Origin: Anaerosoma tenue
GTDB taxonomy: Bacteria > Actinomycetota > Coriobacteriia > Anaerosomatales > Anaerosomataceae
Length of the DNA stretch: 32,000 nt
NCBI RefSeq assembly: GCF_023161965.1
Contig: NZ_JALNTY010000003.1
Coordinates: 11,271-43,270 of the forward strand
Direction of reading: 5' to 3'
Position numbers and translations under genes: made by a program. Shown here piece after piece: positions 18,519 to 28,482 of this stretch. Position 1 is the first letter of the stretch. Each line of letters opens with the position of its first letter. The notes under the pieces are model-generated. The model did not search any database and had not been told where the DNA came from. It was given only the letters and a program-made list of their open reading frames with translations.

Positions 18519-20585
18519 CTACCGCTTGCGCCGACGCGTGGCGTGAGCCGACCCCCGGCGAGCGCCCCGCTTCAGGCGCGACAGCACCTCATCGGCCGTC
18601 GACGACTCGGCGTCTGTCTTGAGCTTGACCACCTGGTCGCGCAAGCGTGCCGCAGTCTCGAAGTCGAGCGCCTCGGCGGCGGCGTGCATGTCCTCCTCCA
18701 TCGCCGCGACGATGCGCGCCACCTCGTCGCGCGGGAGCTGACCCAGCTCGGCCGCCACGTCCACGCTCGGCTCGAGGCCGGCCTCCGTCTCGCGCACGTA
18801 CTGCGCGATGTCGTGGATCGCCTTCCGTATGGTCTGCGGCTCGATCCCGTGCTCCTCGTTGAACGCGACCTGGATGGCGCGGCGGCGCTCCGTCTCGTCC
18901 ATCGCCGTACGCATCGAGTCCGTGACCTTGTCCGCGTAGAGGATCACCTCGCCCGACACGTTGCGCGCGGCTCGACCGATCGTCTGGATGAGCGAGCGGT
19001 GGTTGCGCAGGAAGCCTTCCTTGTCGGCATCGAGGATCGCCACGAGCGAGACTTCGGGCAGGTCGAGCCCCTCGCGGAGCAGGTTGATGCCCACCAGGCA
19101 ATCGATCACGCCCGCGCGCAGGTCGCGGAGGATCTCCACGCGCTCAAGCGTGCCGATGTCGCTGTGCATGTACCGTACCTTGATGCCGTGCTCGAAAAGG
19201 TAATCCGCCAGGTCCTCGGCCATCTTCTTGGTGAGGGTGGTGACGAGCGTACGTTCGTTGCGCTCGGCGCGCTCACGCACCTCGGCCATGAGATCGTCGA
19301 TCTGCCCGTGTGTGGGCCGCACCTCGATGGCGGGGTCCACCAGGCCCGTGGGTCGGATGATCTGCTCCACCACGCGCTGCGAGGTGCGCGTCTCATAGTC
19401 GCCAGGCGTGGCCGAGACGAACACGGTCTGCGGTATCCGCGCCCTGAACTCGTCGAACTTCAGCGGACGGTTGTCGAGCGCGCTCGGCAGGCGGAACCCG
19501 TGCTCAACGAGCGTGAGCTTGCGCGAACGATCGCCCTCGTACATCCCGTGAAGCTGCGGCACGGTCACGTGGCTCTCGTCGATGATGCACAAGAAGTCGT
19601 CGCCGAAGTAATCGATGAGCGTGTGCGGAGGCTCGCCGGGCTTGCGCCCGTCGAGATGGCGCGAGTAGTTCTCGATCCCGTTGCAGTACCCCATCTCCTC
19701 GAGCATCTCGAGGTCGTATGAGGTGCGCATCTCCAGACGCTGCGCCTCGAGCAGCTTGCCCTCGGCGTTGAGTCGCACCAACCGCTCGTGCAGCTCCGCC
19801 TTGATCGACGCCACCGCGTCGGTGAGCTTGTCCTTGGGCGTGACGTAGTGGGTGGCCGGCCACACCGGCGTTGCGCCGAAGCGGTTCACCACCTCGCCGG
19901 TCACGTGGTCCACCTCGGCGATCGACTCGATCTCGTCGCCGAAGAACTCCACCCGGATCGGCACCTCGGCATAGGGCGGAAAGACGTCGAGCACGTCGCC
20001 GCGCACGCGGAAGGTGCCGCGGGAGAGCTCGTAGTCGTTGCGGTCGTACTGGATGTCGATGAGGTCGTAGATGAGCTTGTCGCGGTCGTACGGCGCCCCC
20101 TCGGCGAGGAACACCGCCATCCCCGCGTAGTCCTCCGGCGAGCCGATGCCGTAGATGCAGCTCACGCTCGCCACCACCACGACATCCCTGCGCGAGAGCA
20201 GCGCGGCCGTGGCGGCGTGCCGCAGCTTCTCCACCTCGGCGTTGATGCTCGCGTCCTTCTCGATGAAAGTGTCGGTGGTGGGAACGTACGCCTCGGGCTG
20301 GTAGTAGTCGTAGTACGACACGAAGTACATGACCGCGTTCTCGGGCATCACGTCACGGATCTCGCTCGCCAGCTGAGCGGCGAGCGTCTTGTTGGGCGCG
20401 AGCACCAGGGTCGGCTTCTGGACCTCCTCGATCAGCTTGGCCATCGTGAACGTCTTGCCCGAGCCGGTCACGCCGAGAAGCGTCTGGTCTCTCAGCCCCT
20501 CGCGGACGCCCTCGGCCAGGCCGATGATCGCCTTCGGTTGATCGCCGGCTGGCTCGAACTCAGAGACGACCTTGAGCTCCCTCAC
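18519..20585 (-). CDS. uvrB: Excinuclease ABC subunit B (UvrB)
   Basis: [11 protein letters not shown], Walker [25 protein letters not shown], helicase motifs, and the C-terminal UVR motif [20 protein letters not shown]. Start is set at GTG 20585, 7 nt after the coaE stop. The track start at 20621 would overlap coaE by 29 nt. Confidence 0.92.
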   Translation of the reverse strand: MRELKVVSEFEPAGDQPKAIIGLAEGVREGLRDQTLLGVTGSGKTFTMAKLIEEVQKPTLVLAPNKTLAAQLASEIRDVMPENAVMYFVSYYDYYQPEAYVPTTDTFIEKDASINAEVEKLRHAATAALLSRRDVVVVASVSCIYGIGSPEDYAGMAVFLAEGAPYDRDKLIYDLIDIQYDRNDYELSRGTFRVRGDVLDVFPPYAEVPIRVEFFGDEIESIAEVDHVTGEVVNRFGATPVWPATHYVTPKDKLTDAVASIKAELHERLVRLNAEGKLLEAQRLEMRTSYDLEMLEEMGYCNGIENYSRHLDGRKPGEPPHTLIDYFGDDFLCIIDESHVTVPQLHGMYEGDRSRKLTLVEHGFRLPSALDNRPLKFDEFRARIPQTVFVSATPGDYETRTSQRVVEQIIRPTGLVDPAIEVRPTHGQIDDLMAEVRERAERNERTLVTTLTKKMAEDLADYLFEHGIKVRYMHSDIGTLERVEILRDLRAGVIDCLVGINLLREGLDLPEVSLVAILDADKEGFLRNHRSLIQTIGRAARNVSGEVILYADKVTDSMRTAMDETERRRAIQVAFNEEHGIEPQTIRKAIHDIAQYVRETEAGLEPSVDVAAELGQLPRDEVARIVAAMEEDMHAAAEALDFETAARLRDQVVKLKTDAESSTADEVLSRLKRGARRGSAHATRRRKR

Positions 20586-20592
20586 TGCCCCA

Positions 20593-21204
20593 CTACCTTC
20601 CGCGCGGCGCGATCTCCGCATCCCAGAACTCGGCCACTATCGCACGGAACTCCTCGGGCGTGCCCTCGTTGTCGATCACGTAGTCGGCGATCTCACGCCG
20701 TTCCGCGTCGCCCGCCTGTCGCGCAAGCCGGTTCTCAGCGTCTTCCCGCGACATGCCGCGAGCAAGCGCCCGGGCGATGCGCGTCTCCTCGTTGGCCGAG
20801 ATGGCGAGCACGGCATCCACCGGCTCGAGAAACAGCGGCGACTCGACAAGCAACGGCACCACGAGCACCACCGCCTGCGGCGGCTCCCCCTGCAGGGCGA
20901 GCGTGTCGAGAGCGCCGGCGACCGCGGCAAGGATCGCCGGGTGCATGATGGCGTTGAGCCTGCGGGTGGCGTCCTCCGTAGCGAAGGCGACCCGCGCGAG
21001 CGCAGCGCGATCCACCGCGCCATCGTCGCGGCGCACGTCCGGACCGAACTCCTCGATCACACGGTCACGCACCGCGGACGCCTCGTCCAGCAGGGTCCTG
21101 GCCACGTCGTCGAGGTCGATCACCACCGCGCCACGGTCGGCGAAGACCTCGGCGGCCGTCGACTTACCTGAGCCGAGTCCGCCGGTGAGAGCGAGCACAT
21201 ACAT
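20593..21204 (-). CDS. coaE: Dephospho-CoA kinase
   Basis: [36 protein letters not shown], about 200 aa, with GGAGGT 5 nt upstream of the ATG. The rpsA-coaE-uvrB order matches other Actinomycetota. Confidence 0.9.
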   Translation of the reverse strand: MYVLALTGGLGSGKSTAAEVFADRGAVVIDLDDVARTLLDEASAVRDRVIEEFGPDVRRDDGAVDRAALARVAFATEDATRRLNAIMHPAILAAVAGALDTLALQGEPPQAVVLVVPLLVESPLFLEPVDAVLAISANEETRIARALARGMSREDAENRLARQAGDAERREIADYVIDNEGTPEEFRAIVAEFWDAEIAPRGR

Positions 21205-21223
21205 GGTTACCTCCAGATGGTAC

Positions 21224-21258
21224 GGGGCCGGGCCGCGCTCTCGCGAAGGCCCAGCCCC
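21224..21258 (-). other. Long GC-rich hairpin in the rpsA-coaE spacer (possible U-tract-less terminator or processing site)
   Basis: On the minus strand, GGGGCTGGGCC...GGCCCGGCCCC forms an 11-bp stem. One position is a G-U pair in the minus-strand RNA but a C-A mismatch on the plus strand, which favours minus-strand function. No T-run follows. Confidence 0.25.
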
Positions 21259-21285
21259 GAAAGGTGCTTCGTGAAGCCGAGGACG

Positions 21286-22695
21286 CTAGGCGTCGTCTCC
21301 GTCGTCGGAATCCTCGGCTCCGGCTTCCGCCTCGTCCTCGGCTCCGGCTTCCGGCTCGTCCTCGGCGACCTCCGTCTCGTCCTCGACCGCTTCCTCAGCC
21401 TCGGGCGCCGCGTCGGCATCGTCAGCCTCGGCGGTCTCCTCAGCTTCGACGGTCTCCTCGGCCTCAACGGTCTCGACGGCCTCTTCGACCGGCTCGGGGG
21501 CTGCCTCGTCGGCGACACCCTCGGACTCCACCGCTTCGATCTCCTCGGCGGCTTCATCCTCCACCGGCGCCGGGATGGCGTCGGGCAGGCCGAGCTCCTC
21601 GTTGGCGGCGCGGATCGAGAGCGAGATCCGGCGACGGTCGAGGTCGACGTCCATGACCTTGACCTTGATCTGATCGCCCACGCGGACGACGTCTTCCGGC
21701 TTCTCCACGTGACCGCGGGCCATCTCGGAGATGTGCACAAGACCCTCGACGCTCTCGCCGATCTCAACGAACGCGCCGAACGGGACGATCTTGGTGACCT
21801 TGCCGTCCACGATGACGCCCACCTGGAAGTCCTTGACGAGCTGCTTCCACGGGTCGTCCTGGGTCTGCTTGAGGCCGAGGGAGATGCGCTCGCGGCCCAT
21901 GTCCACGTCGAGGACCTGCACCTCGACCTTGTCGCCCACCGCGACGACCTCGGAGGGGTGGTTCACGTGGCTCCAGCTGAGCTCGGAGATGTGCACCAGA
22001 CCGTCGATGCCGCCGAGGTCGACGAACGCGCCGAAGTCGACGATCGAGGAGACGGTACCCGGCAGGATCATGCCCTTGACCAGCTTGTTGAGCACTTCCT
22101 GACGCTCTTGCTTGCGGTCCTCCTCGAGGACGACGCGGCGCGAGAGCACGACGTTGTTGCGGTTGCGGTCCATCTCGATGACACGCGCCTCGAGACGGTC
22201 GCCCAGGAACATGTGGAGGTCCTTCACGCGGCGAAGATCCACCAGCGATGCCGGGAGGAAGCCGCGAAGGCCGATGTCGAGGATGAGACCGCCCTTGACG
22301 ACCTCGATGACTTCGCCCTCGACGTTCTCGCCAGCCTCGAACTTCTTCTCGATCTCGTTCCACGCACGCTCGTACGCGGCGCGCTTCTTGGAGAGGATGA
22401 GGCGACCATCCTTGTCCTCCTTCTGGAGAACGAGCGCTTCGATCTCGTCACCGAGCTGCACGATGTCAGCCGGGTTGGCATCCTTGCGGATGGAGAGTTC
22501 GCGCGCCGGGATGACGCCTTCGGATTTGTAGCCGATGTCGAGGAGGACCTCGTCCCGCTCGACCTGGACCACGGTACCAGTCACCAGATCACCGTCGTCG
22601 AAGTCGGTGATGGTCTCGTCGATGAGGGCATGCATCTCCTCATCGGTGTACTCGCGATCGTCGTGCTCGATGTAGCTGCTCTGCTCTTCTACCAC
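21286..22695 (-). CDS. rpsA: 30S ribosomal protein S1 with long acidic C-terminal tail
   Basis: Four S1 repeats (GDLVTGTVVQVERDEVLLDIGYKSEGVIPARELS..., VEGEVIEVVKGGLILDIGLRGFLPAS..., LPGTVSSIVDFGAFVDLGGIDGLVHISELS..., VDGKVTKIVPFGAFVEIGESVEGLVHISEM...). GTG start with GGAAGGGG upstream. Confidence 0.93.
   Translation of the reverse strand: MVEEQSSYIEHDDREYTDEEMHALIDETITDFDDGDLVTGTVVQVERDEVLLDIGYKSEGVIPARELSIRKDANPADIVQLGDEIEALVLQKEDKDGRLILSKKRAAYERAWNEIEKKFEAGENVEGEVIEVVKGGLILDIGLRGFLPASLVDLRRVKDLHMFLGDRLEARVIEMDRNRNNVVLSRRVVLEEDRKQERQEVLNKLVKGMILPGTVSSIVDFGAFVDLGGIDGLVHISELSWSHVNHPSEVVAVGDKVEVQVLDVDMGRERISLGLKQTQDDPWKQLVKDFQVGVIVDGKVTKIVPFGAFVEIGESVEGLVHISEMARGHVEKPEDVVRVGDQIKVKVMDVDLDRRRISLSIRAANEELGLPDAIPAPVEDEAAEEIEAVESEGVADEAAPEPVEEAVETVEAEETVEAEETAEADDADAAPEAEEAVEDETEVAEDEPEAGAEDEAEAGAEDSDDGDDA
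21311..21358 (-). repeat. 24-bp tandem duplication (2 copies, 1 mismatch) inside the rpsA acidic tail
   Basis: The copies are tcctcggctccggcttccgcctcg and tcctcggctccggcttccggctcg. They encode the repeated EAGAEDEA segment. Confidence 0.8.
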
Positions 22696-22823
22696 GTCGG
22701 GTGGCCCCTTCCGTGCTTCCGGGGCCCCGGTCCCATGCCGTCTCGGTCGCCTGCTTTCCGGTCAGTCATGCTCTCGGGGGCCTATAGGACTGTACTCACC
22801 ACGCGCGCACGCGTAGCCGAGAG

Positions 22824-22853
22824 ATTGTACCACCTGCGGGAAAGAGATGCGAA
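22824..22853 (-). promoter_or_regulatory. Candidate rpsA promoter: TTCGCA-18 nt-TACAAT with extended -10 (TGGTACAAT)
   Basis: The minus strand reads cgTTCGCAtctctttcccgcaggTGgTACAATctctcgg, about 130 nt upstream of the rpsA GTG. This would give a structured leader of roughly 120 nt. Confidence 0.3.
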
Positions 22854-22921
22854 CGTGCGCACTGCCCCTGCGCCATCCGCACGGTGGCTGTATCAGCCCT
22901 GGCCACGGCATGTGATCCGCC

Positions 22922-25555
22922 CTACTTCGCCTCCGCCCAGTTGGGCCCGTATCCGATCCCCACCTCGAGGGGCACCGCAAGCCCGGCCACGCCGGCCATC
23001 GCTTCGCGCGCGAGCGAGGAGAGCGCTTCACGCTCGCCCTCCGGCGCCTCGAACACGAGCTCGTCGTGGACCTGCAGCACCATGCGCGCCTCGTACCCTT
23101 CGGTCCGCAGCCGCCGGTCGACCTCGATCATGGCGAGCTTCATCAGGTCGGCCGCAGTGCCCTGCATCGGGTGGTTCATCGCGGTGCGCTCCCCGAACGA
23201 CCTGAGGTTGTGGTTGCGGTTGCGGAGTTCGGGTATCGGGCGGCGACGGCCGAACATCGTCTCCGCATAGCCGGTCTTGTGCGCCTCGGCTATGGTCTCG
23301 TCGAGGTACGCCCGCACCCTCGGGTAGGCCGCGAAGTACCGGTCGATCGTGGCCTGCGCCTCGGCATACCCGATGCCGAGCGAGTCTCCGAGGCCGTGCG
23401 CCGAGATGCCGTAGACGATGCCGAAGTTCACCGCTTTCGCCTTGCGGCGCATCTCGGCATCGACATCGCCGGGCTCGACATCGAAGACGCGAGCGGCGGT
23501 CGCCGCATGGAAGTCGGCGCCGGAGGTGAACGCCTCGATGAGGCCGGCGTCACCCGACAGGTGGGCAAGGATCCGCAACTCGATCTGTGAGTAGTCGGCG
23601 CTGAGCATGAGATCGCCTGCATGCGCGGGCACGAACGCAGCGCGGATCCGCCTGCCAAGGTCCGTGCGCACCGGGATGTTCTGCAGGTTGGGACCCGATG
23701 AGGAGAGCCGCCCGGTGGCCGCGACGGTCTGGTTGAAGGTCGTGTGCAGCCGCCCGTCCTCCCCAAGCAGCCGTGGCAGAGCGTCGATGTACGTGCTCGT
23801 GAGCTTCGTGAGCTCGCGGTATGCGACGATCTTCTCGGCGATCGGGTGGAGCGGCGCCAGGGTAGCGAGCACACCCGCATCGGTGGAGTAGCCGGTCTTG
23901 GTCTTGCGCTGCGGTGGCAGGCCCAGCTTCTCGAACAGCACCTCAGCGAGCTGCTTGGGCGAGTCGATCGTGAACTCGTACCCTGCGAGGTCGTGGATCT
24001 CGGCGATCAGGGTCTCGATCTCCGCATGCGTTTCGGCGGACAGCGCATCCAGCACGCTGCGGTCGAGCCCGACGCCCGTCTCCTCCATCCGCACGAGCAC
24101 CGGAACGAGCGGCATCTCGATCTCGGTGAAGCAGAGCGTGGCGCCCCAGCCCTCGAGCCTGTCGCGCAGCACTCCGGCGAGTTCTGCCGATGCCTGCGCC
24201 TCCGCAGCTGTGTCACCGGGCTCCACGCTCCTGCCGAGGTACTCGGCGGCAAGCGACGCGATGCCGTAGTCGGAACGGTTCGACGCCAGGAGGTAGGCGG
24301 CGATGCCGCAATCGAACAGCCGCCGGGGGTCCGCCAGTTCGGCCATGCTGCCACGTGGCCCCGCCCCGGAGCCGGGAGGACAGGCCCCCTCGACGAGCGC
24401 CTTCGTGTCGCCCGCGCTCACGTTGCGCGATGTGAGCACGCTCTCCAGCGCGCTCGCGGCCGCCGCACCTTCGAGCACGGCCACCGTGCCGTCATGCGCG
24501 AACGCCACCGCCCGTCCCTCGTCGAACAGGCACTCCTCGCCAGCCGGTCCGGCAGCGACGCCGGCATGGCCTTCGGACGGCGCCGTACACAGGTCACCGA
24601 CCCATCGGACAGCCTCATCGCCTGTCAGATGCCGCCATGCGGCGCTCGCGTCAGGCGCCGGGCGATCGTCGTCGGTCTCCGCCGAACGCGCGGACCGGAG
24701 CCTCGGTATGAGCGACGTGAACGCCAGCTCCGTAAGCGCGGAGAGCGCCTCGGCCTCATCCCACTGGCCCCAACGCACCGCGTCCAGGTCGACGTCGACC
24801 GGAACGTCGCGTCGAATGGTGGCGACCACCCTGCTGGCCAGTGCGGCGTCCGCGTTCCCACGGAGGTTCTCTCCAAGCTTGCCCTTGATGTCGGGCGCCC
24901 GCTCGAGCACCTCCTCGAGCGTGCCGTGCTCCTGCAGGAGCTTGGCGGCCGTCTTCTCGCCCACCCCCGGCACACCAGGGATATTGTCCGACGGATCGCC
25001 CTTGAGGCCGAGGAAGTCCGCTACCTGCTCGGGCATGACCCCGTACCGCTCGAACACGGCGTCGCGATCGTAGACGACGATGTCGGTGATGCCCTTCTTG
25101 GTGCTCACCACGCTGACGTTGTCATCGACGAGCTGCAGGGCGTCCTTGTCGCCCGTGATGAGCAGGACGCGCATCCCCTCGGCCGAACCGCGTGCCGCAA
25201 GCGTGCCGAGGACATCGTCGCCCTCCCACCCCTCCGCTTCGACGATCGGTATAGCGAGCGACGTGAGCAGCTCCTTGATCATCGGGAACTGCGCCTTGAG
25301 ATCGGGGTCGGTGGGTGGACGCTGGATCTTGTACTGGGCCAGCGCCTCGGTGCGGAACGCCGGCTTGCCGCGGTCGAACGCCACCACGACCGCATCCGGC
25401 CCCAGATCGGCCACCATCTTCAGCAGCATCGTCATGAAGCCGAAGACGGCGTTGGTGGGACGCCCGTCTGGCGCCGTCATCGTGGGCGGCAGACCGTGGA
25501 AGGCACGGTGCAGCAGGCTGTTTCCGTCGATCACGGCTATCGTGCGTTCGGACAT
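22922..25555 (-). CDS. polA: DNA polymerase I
   Basis: 877 aa. The 5' nuclease N-terminus reads IAVIDGNSLLHRAFHG. Polymerase motifs are A (LSADYSQIELRILAH), B (RRKAKAVNFGIVYGIS) and C (VLQVHDELVFE). The central 3'-5' exonuclease-like region lacks the DxE Exo I signature (VAFAHDGTV), so proofreading is probably inactive, as in many Actinomycetota. Confidence 0.95.
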   Translation of the reverse strand: MSERTIAVIDGNSLLHRAFHGLPPTMTAPDGRPTNAVFGFMTMLLKMVADLGPDAVVVAFDRGKPAFRTEALAQYKIQRPPTDPDLKAQFPMIKELLTSLAIPIVEAEGWEGDDVLGTLAARGSAEGMRVLLITGDKDALQLVDDNVSVVSTKKGITDIVVYDRDAVFERYGVMPEQVADFLGLKGDPSDNIPGVPGVGEKTAAKLLQEHGTLEEVLERAPDIKGKLGENLRGNADAALASRVVATIRRDVPVDVDLDAVRWGQWDEAEALSALTELAFTSLIPRLRSARSAETDDDRPAPDASAAWRHLTGDEAVRWVGDLCTAPSEGHAGVAAGPAGEECLFDEGRAVAFAHDGTVAVLEGAAAASALESVLTSRNVSAGDTKALVEGACPPGSGAGPRGSMAELADPRRLFDCGIAAYLLASNRSDYGIASLAAEYLGRSVEPGDTAAEAQASAELAGVLRDRLEGWGATLCFTEIEMPLVPVLVRMEETGVGLDRSVLDALSAETHAEIETLIAEIHDLAGYEFTIDSPKQLAEVLFEKLGLPPQRKTKTGYSTDAGVLATLAPLHPIAEKIVAYRELTKLTSTYIDALPRLLGEDGRLHTTFNQTVAATGRLSSSGPNLQNIPVRTDLGRRIRAAFVPAHAGDLMLSADYSQIELRILAHLSGDAGLIEAFTSGADFHAATAARVFDVEPGDVDAEMRRKAKAVNFGIVYGISAHGLGDSLGIGYAEAQATIDRYFAAYPRVRAYLDETIAEAHKTGYAETMFGRRRPIPELRNRNHNLRSFGERTAMNHPMQGTAADLMKLAMIEVDRRLRTEGYEARMVLQVHDELVFEAPEGEREALSSLAREAMAGVAGLAVPLEVGIGYGPNWAEAK

Positions 25556-25702
25556 GCGGCGCCTTTCGGAGTAGAATCGCTGCCATCAGCCGAGGCCGGG
25601 CATGCTCACGATTGTACCCGAGGGCCTGACAGCGGAAGCGACGCGGAAGGACGGAGACGCCACCGGCCGCGCACCGCTCCGGGAAGCGAAGGTGGCAGCG
25701 CG

Positions 25703-26299
25703 ATGGGCTTCTTCAACTGGGCCGCTCCCTTCATCCGCCGGTACGGCGACCGGTTCACCGCCGAAGACGCCGAGGCGATCGCGGGGTGGCTGGAGCCGGC
25801 CGTGAAACCGGGTGGCCGCATCCTCGACGTGGGCGGCGGCTCGGGCCAACTCGCAGCGCTCCTCGCCGACGCGCTCCAGGCGAACGTGACGGTCCTCGAG
25901 CCCACGGCCGAGATCCTCGCCTACGTGAACGCCACCGAGCGCGTGTCGGCCGTTCAGGGGACCGCCGAGGAGATGCCGCTCGCCGATGACGCCTTCGATG
26001 CGATCGTGGTGACCGACGCCTTCCACCACTTCCGCGATCAGACGGCTGCCGTGGCGGAGTTCAGACGGGTCGTGCGCGACGGCGGGTTCGTGCTGGTGCT
26101 CGACCTCGACCCTCGGCCGCTCGCGATGCGCCTGATCGCGCTCGCCGAACGGCTGGTGGGAGAGCCCGCAACGTTCATGACGCCGGAGCAGATGTGCGCG
26201 TTCATGGCCGAGCGCGGCATCGAGGGCCGGTGCGAACCGCTCAGGAAGGCCGACTACCGGTTCCTCGGCACCGTGAGCAAACAGCGTCCGGCGGCCTGA
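25703..26299 (+). CDS. Class I SAM-dependent methyltransferase
   Basis: ATG with GAAGGTGG 7 nt upstream. SAM-binding motif I RILDVGGGSGQLA, plus FDAIVVTDAFHHF and VRDGGFVLVLD. Only the last 198 codons of the 851-codon track ORF are accepted. Confidence 0.8.
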   Translation: MGFFNWAAPFIRRYGDRFTAEDAEAIAGWLEPAVKPGGRILDVGGGSGQLAALLADALQANVTVLEPTAEILAYVNATERVSAVQGTAEEMPLADDAFDAIVVTDAFHHFRDQTAAVAEFRRVVRDGGFVLVLDLDPRPLAMRLIALAERLVGEPATFMTPEQMCAFMAERGIEGRCEPLRKADYRFLGTVSKQRPAA

Positions 26300-26305
26300 T
26301 CCCGG

Positions 26306-26977
26306 TCAGCCGCGCCAGAGGTACCCCACGTTGCGGACGGTCTCGAGCCGTCGTGAGACCTCGGGCCCGAGCTTGGAGCGCACGCGCCTCACGTGCACAT
26401 CGACAGTACGTGCGCCGCCGAAGTAATCGGTCCCCCATACCCTGCTGAGCAGGATCTCCCTGCTGTACACACGGTTGGGATGGGTCACGAGGAACGCGAA
26501 CAGCGAGTACTCCAGGTACGTGAACTCCACGGCGGTGTCGCCGAGGTAGGCCTGGTAGGTGGCGAGGTTCAGGGTAAGGTCGTCGATACGGACGATATCG
26601 TGAGCCGCGACCTCCTCGCCCGGCCACAGGAGCGCACGCACCCGGGCGGTAACCTCGGCGGCCGACGAACCGCGCACCACGAAGTCGGCGGTCACGGCCA
26701 CCGGCAGACGCAGACGTTCAAGCACATCGGCCGGCACCAGCAACAGCAACCGGAGTTCCGAGCCGCGCCCCGCCGCATTCTCGGCGAGCGCGATGATCCG
26801 GTCGGGAGCCTCTCCGGCATCGGCGATCACGAGATCGCACGGCTCGGCCAGCAAACGGGACTCAAGATCGCCCACCGGGCAATAGAAGATGGCCGCGTCG
26901 AGCGCGCCCACGCCCGTCTCGACCCACGCCCGCGTGTGGACGTCGTCCGCCGCTATGACGACACGCTTCACATGCAT
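26306..26977 (-). CDS. glnR: OmpR-family orphan response regulator resembling actinobacterial GlnR
   Basis: The winged-helix C-terminus is [55 protein letters not shown]...TVRNVGY. From memory, this closely parallels Streptomyces GlnR ([27 protein letters not shown]...TVRNVGY). The receiver domain is degenerate. The gene lies directly downstream of glnA. Start is ATG 26977. Confidence 0.75.
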   Translation of the reverse strand: [223 protein letters not shown]

Positions 26978-27011
26978 GCCCGGCCGCTCCTCTCCCTCTA
27001 CAGAAGTGTAA

Positions 27012-27038
27012 CGCCGGGCAGGGTGTTCCTGCCCGGCG
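27012..27038 (-). terminator. Hairpin downstream of glnA (candidate intrinsic terminator or attenuator before glnR)
   Basis: On the minus strand, CGCCGGGCAGG-aacac-CCTGCCCGGCG forms an 11-bp perfect stem, followed by TTACACTTCTG, a weak T-run. Confidence 0.45.
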
Positions 27039-27084
27039 TCATTGCCGTCGTGCTGTACCGCGTATCCCGCGATGCGGGCGAAGC

Positions 27085-28431
27085 CTACAGGATCGACAGG
27101 TACTTGCCCTGCTCCCAGGGGGTCACGTACGCCACGTACTCGGCCCACTCGGCCTTCTTGTTGGCCACGAAGAAGCTGTGGATGTGCTCGCCGAGGACCT
27201 CCTTCATCAACTCCGACTCCTCGAAGAGCGCGATCGCTTCGCCAAGGTCCTTGGGCAGCGTGCGGATGCCTGATTCCGCCAACTCCTCCTCGGTCATGTG
27301 GAAGATGTTGTTGGTGGCCTCGGGCATGAGCTCCAGGCCTTCCTCGATACCCTTGAGGCCGGCGCCGAGCATGACCGCGAACGCGAGGTAGGGGTTGGCC
27401 GAGGGGTCGGGCGAGCGCAGCTCCACGCGGGTCGCGACCTCCTTGCCGGGCTTGTACATCGGGACGCGCACCATGGCCGAGCGGTTGCGGCGCGCCCAGG
27501 TGACGTACACGGGGGCCTCATAACCCGGCACGAGGCGCTTGTAGGAGTTCACGAACTGGTTCGTGACCGCGCAGAACTCGGGGGCGTACTTGAGCAGGCC
27601 GGCGATGTAGCTCTTGCCCACCGGCGACAGGTTGTAGCCCTCGGGATCGTTCGCGTCGAAGAACGCGTTGCCCTCCTCGTTGAACAGCGACTGGTGCACG
27701 TGCATGCCCGAGCCGTTCACACCCTGTACCGGCTTGGGCATGAAGGTGGCGTAGACGCCACTCGCGTACGCGACCTCTTTCACGGTGAGACGGTAGGTCA
27801 TCACGTTGTCGGCCATGGTGAGCGCGTCGGCATACCGGAGGTCGATCTCGTGCTGCGACGGCGCCACCTCGTGGTGCGAGTACTCCACCGGGATGCCGAG
27901 CTTCTCGAGGTTGAGAACCGTCTCGCGGCGCAGGTTGCTCGCCACGTCGAGCGGCGTGAGATCGAAGTAGCCACCCTGGTCGAGCATCTCGGTGCCGCAC
28001 GAGTCGGCGAAGTAGAAGAACTCGAGCTCGGGGCCCACGTACATCGTGTACCCCATGTCGGCGGCCTTCTTGAGCACGCGCTTCAGCGCGTACCGCGGAT
28101 CGCCCTCGAACGGCGTGCCGTCAGGGTTGAGAACGTCGCAGAACATGCGGCCGGTGCCACCCATGTGGTCCTCGCTGCTGCGCCAGGGCAGGAGCTGGAA
28201 GGTCCCGGGATCCGGGTAGGCCACCATGTCCGACTCCTCGATGCGGGTGAAACCGTCGATCGATGAGCCATCGAAGCCCATACCCTCTTCGAACGCTCCC
28301 TCGAGCTCGCTGTCGGTCACCGCGAACGACTTGAGGAAGCCGAGCACGTCGGTGAACCAGAAGCGGATGAACCGGGTCCCCCGCTCCTCAACGCTCTTCA
28401 GCACGTAGTCCTTGTCCATCGTCTTGTCCAT
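27085..28431 (-). CDS. glnA: Glutamine synthetase type I (short, GSI-alpha-like)
   Basis: 448 aa: FIRFWFTDVLGFLKSF, MGFDGSSIDGFTRIEESDM, MPKPVQGVNGSGMHVHQSLF, NRSAMVRVP. AAAGGAA lies 6 nt upstream of ATG 28431. ATG 28419 is an alternative start. Confidence 0.95.
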   Translation of the reverse strand: MDKTMDKDYVLKSVEERGTRFIRFWFTDVLGFLKSFAVTDSELEGAFEEGMGFDGSSIDGFTRIEESDMVAYPDPGTFQLLPWRSSEDHMGGTGRMFCDVLNPDGTPFEGDPRYALKRVLKKAADMGYTMYVGPELEFFYFADSCGTEMLDQGGYFDLTPLDVASNLRRETVLNLEKLGIPVEYSHHEVAPSQHEIDLRYADALTMADNVMTYRLTVKEVAYASGVYATFMPKPVQGVNGSGMHVHQSLFNEEGNAFFDANDPEGYNLSPVGKSYIAGLLKYAPEFCAVTNQFVNSYKRLVPGYEAPVYVTWARRNRSAMVRVPMYKPGKEVATRVELRSPDPSANPYLAFAVMLGAGLKGIEEGLELMPEATNNIFHMTEEELAESGIRTLPKDLGEAIALFEESELMKEVLGEHIHSFFVANKKAEWAEYVAYVTPWEQGKYLSIL

Positions 28432-28482
28432 CTCGGATTCCTTTCAGTGAGTCATGGTTCACGAGCAGCGTAGGATCGCTGT

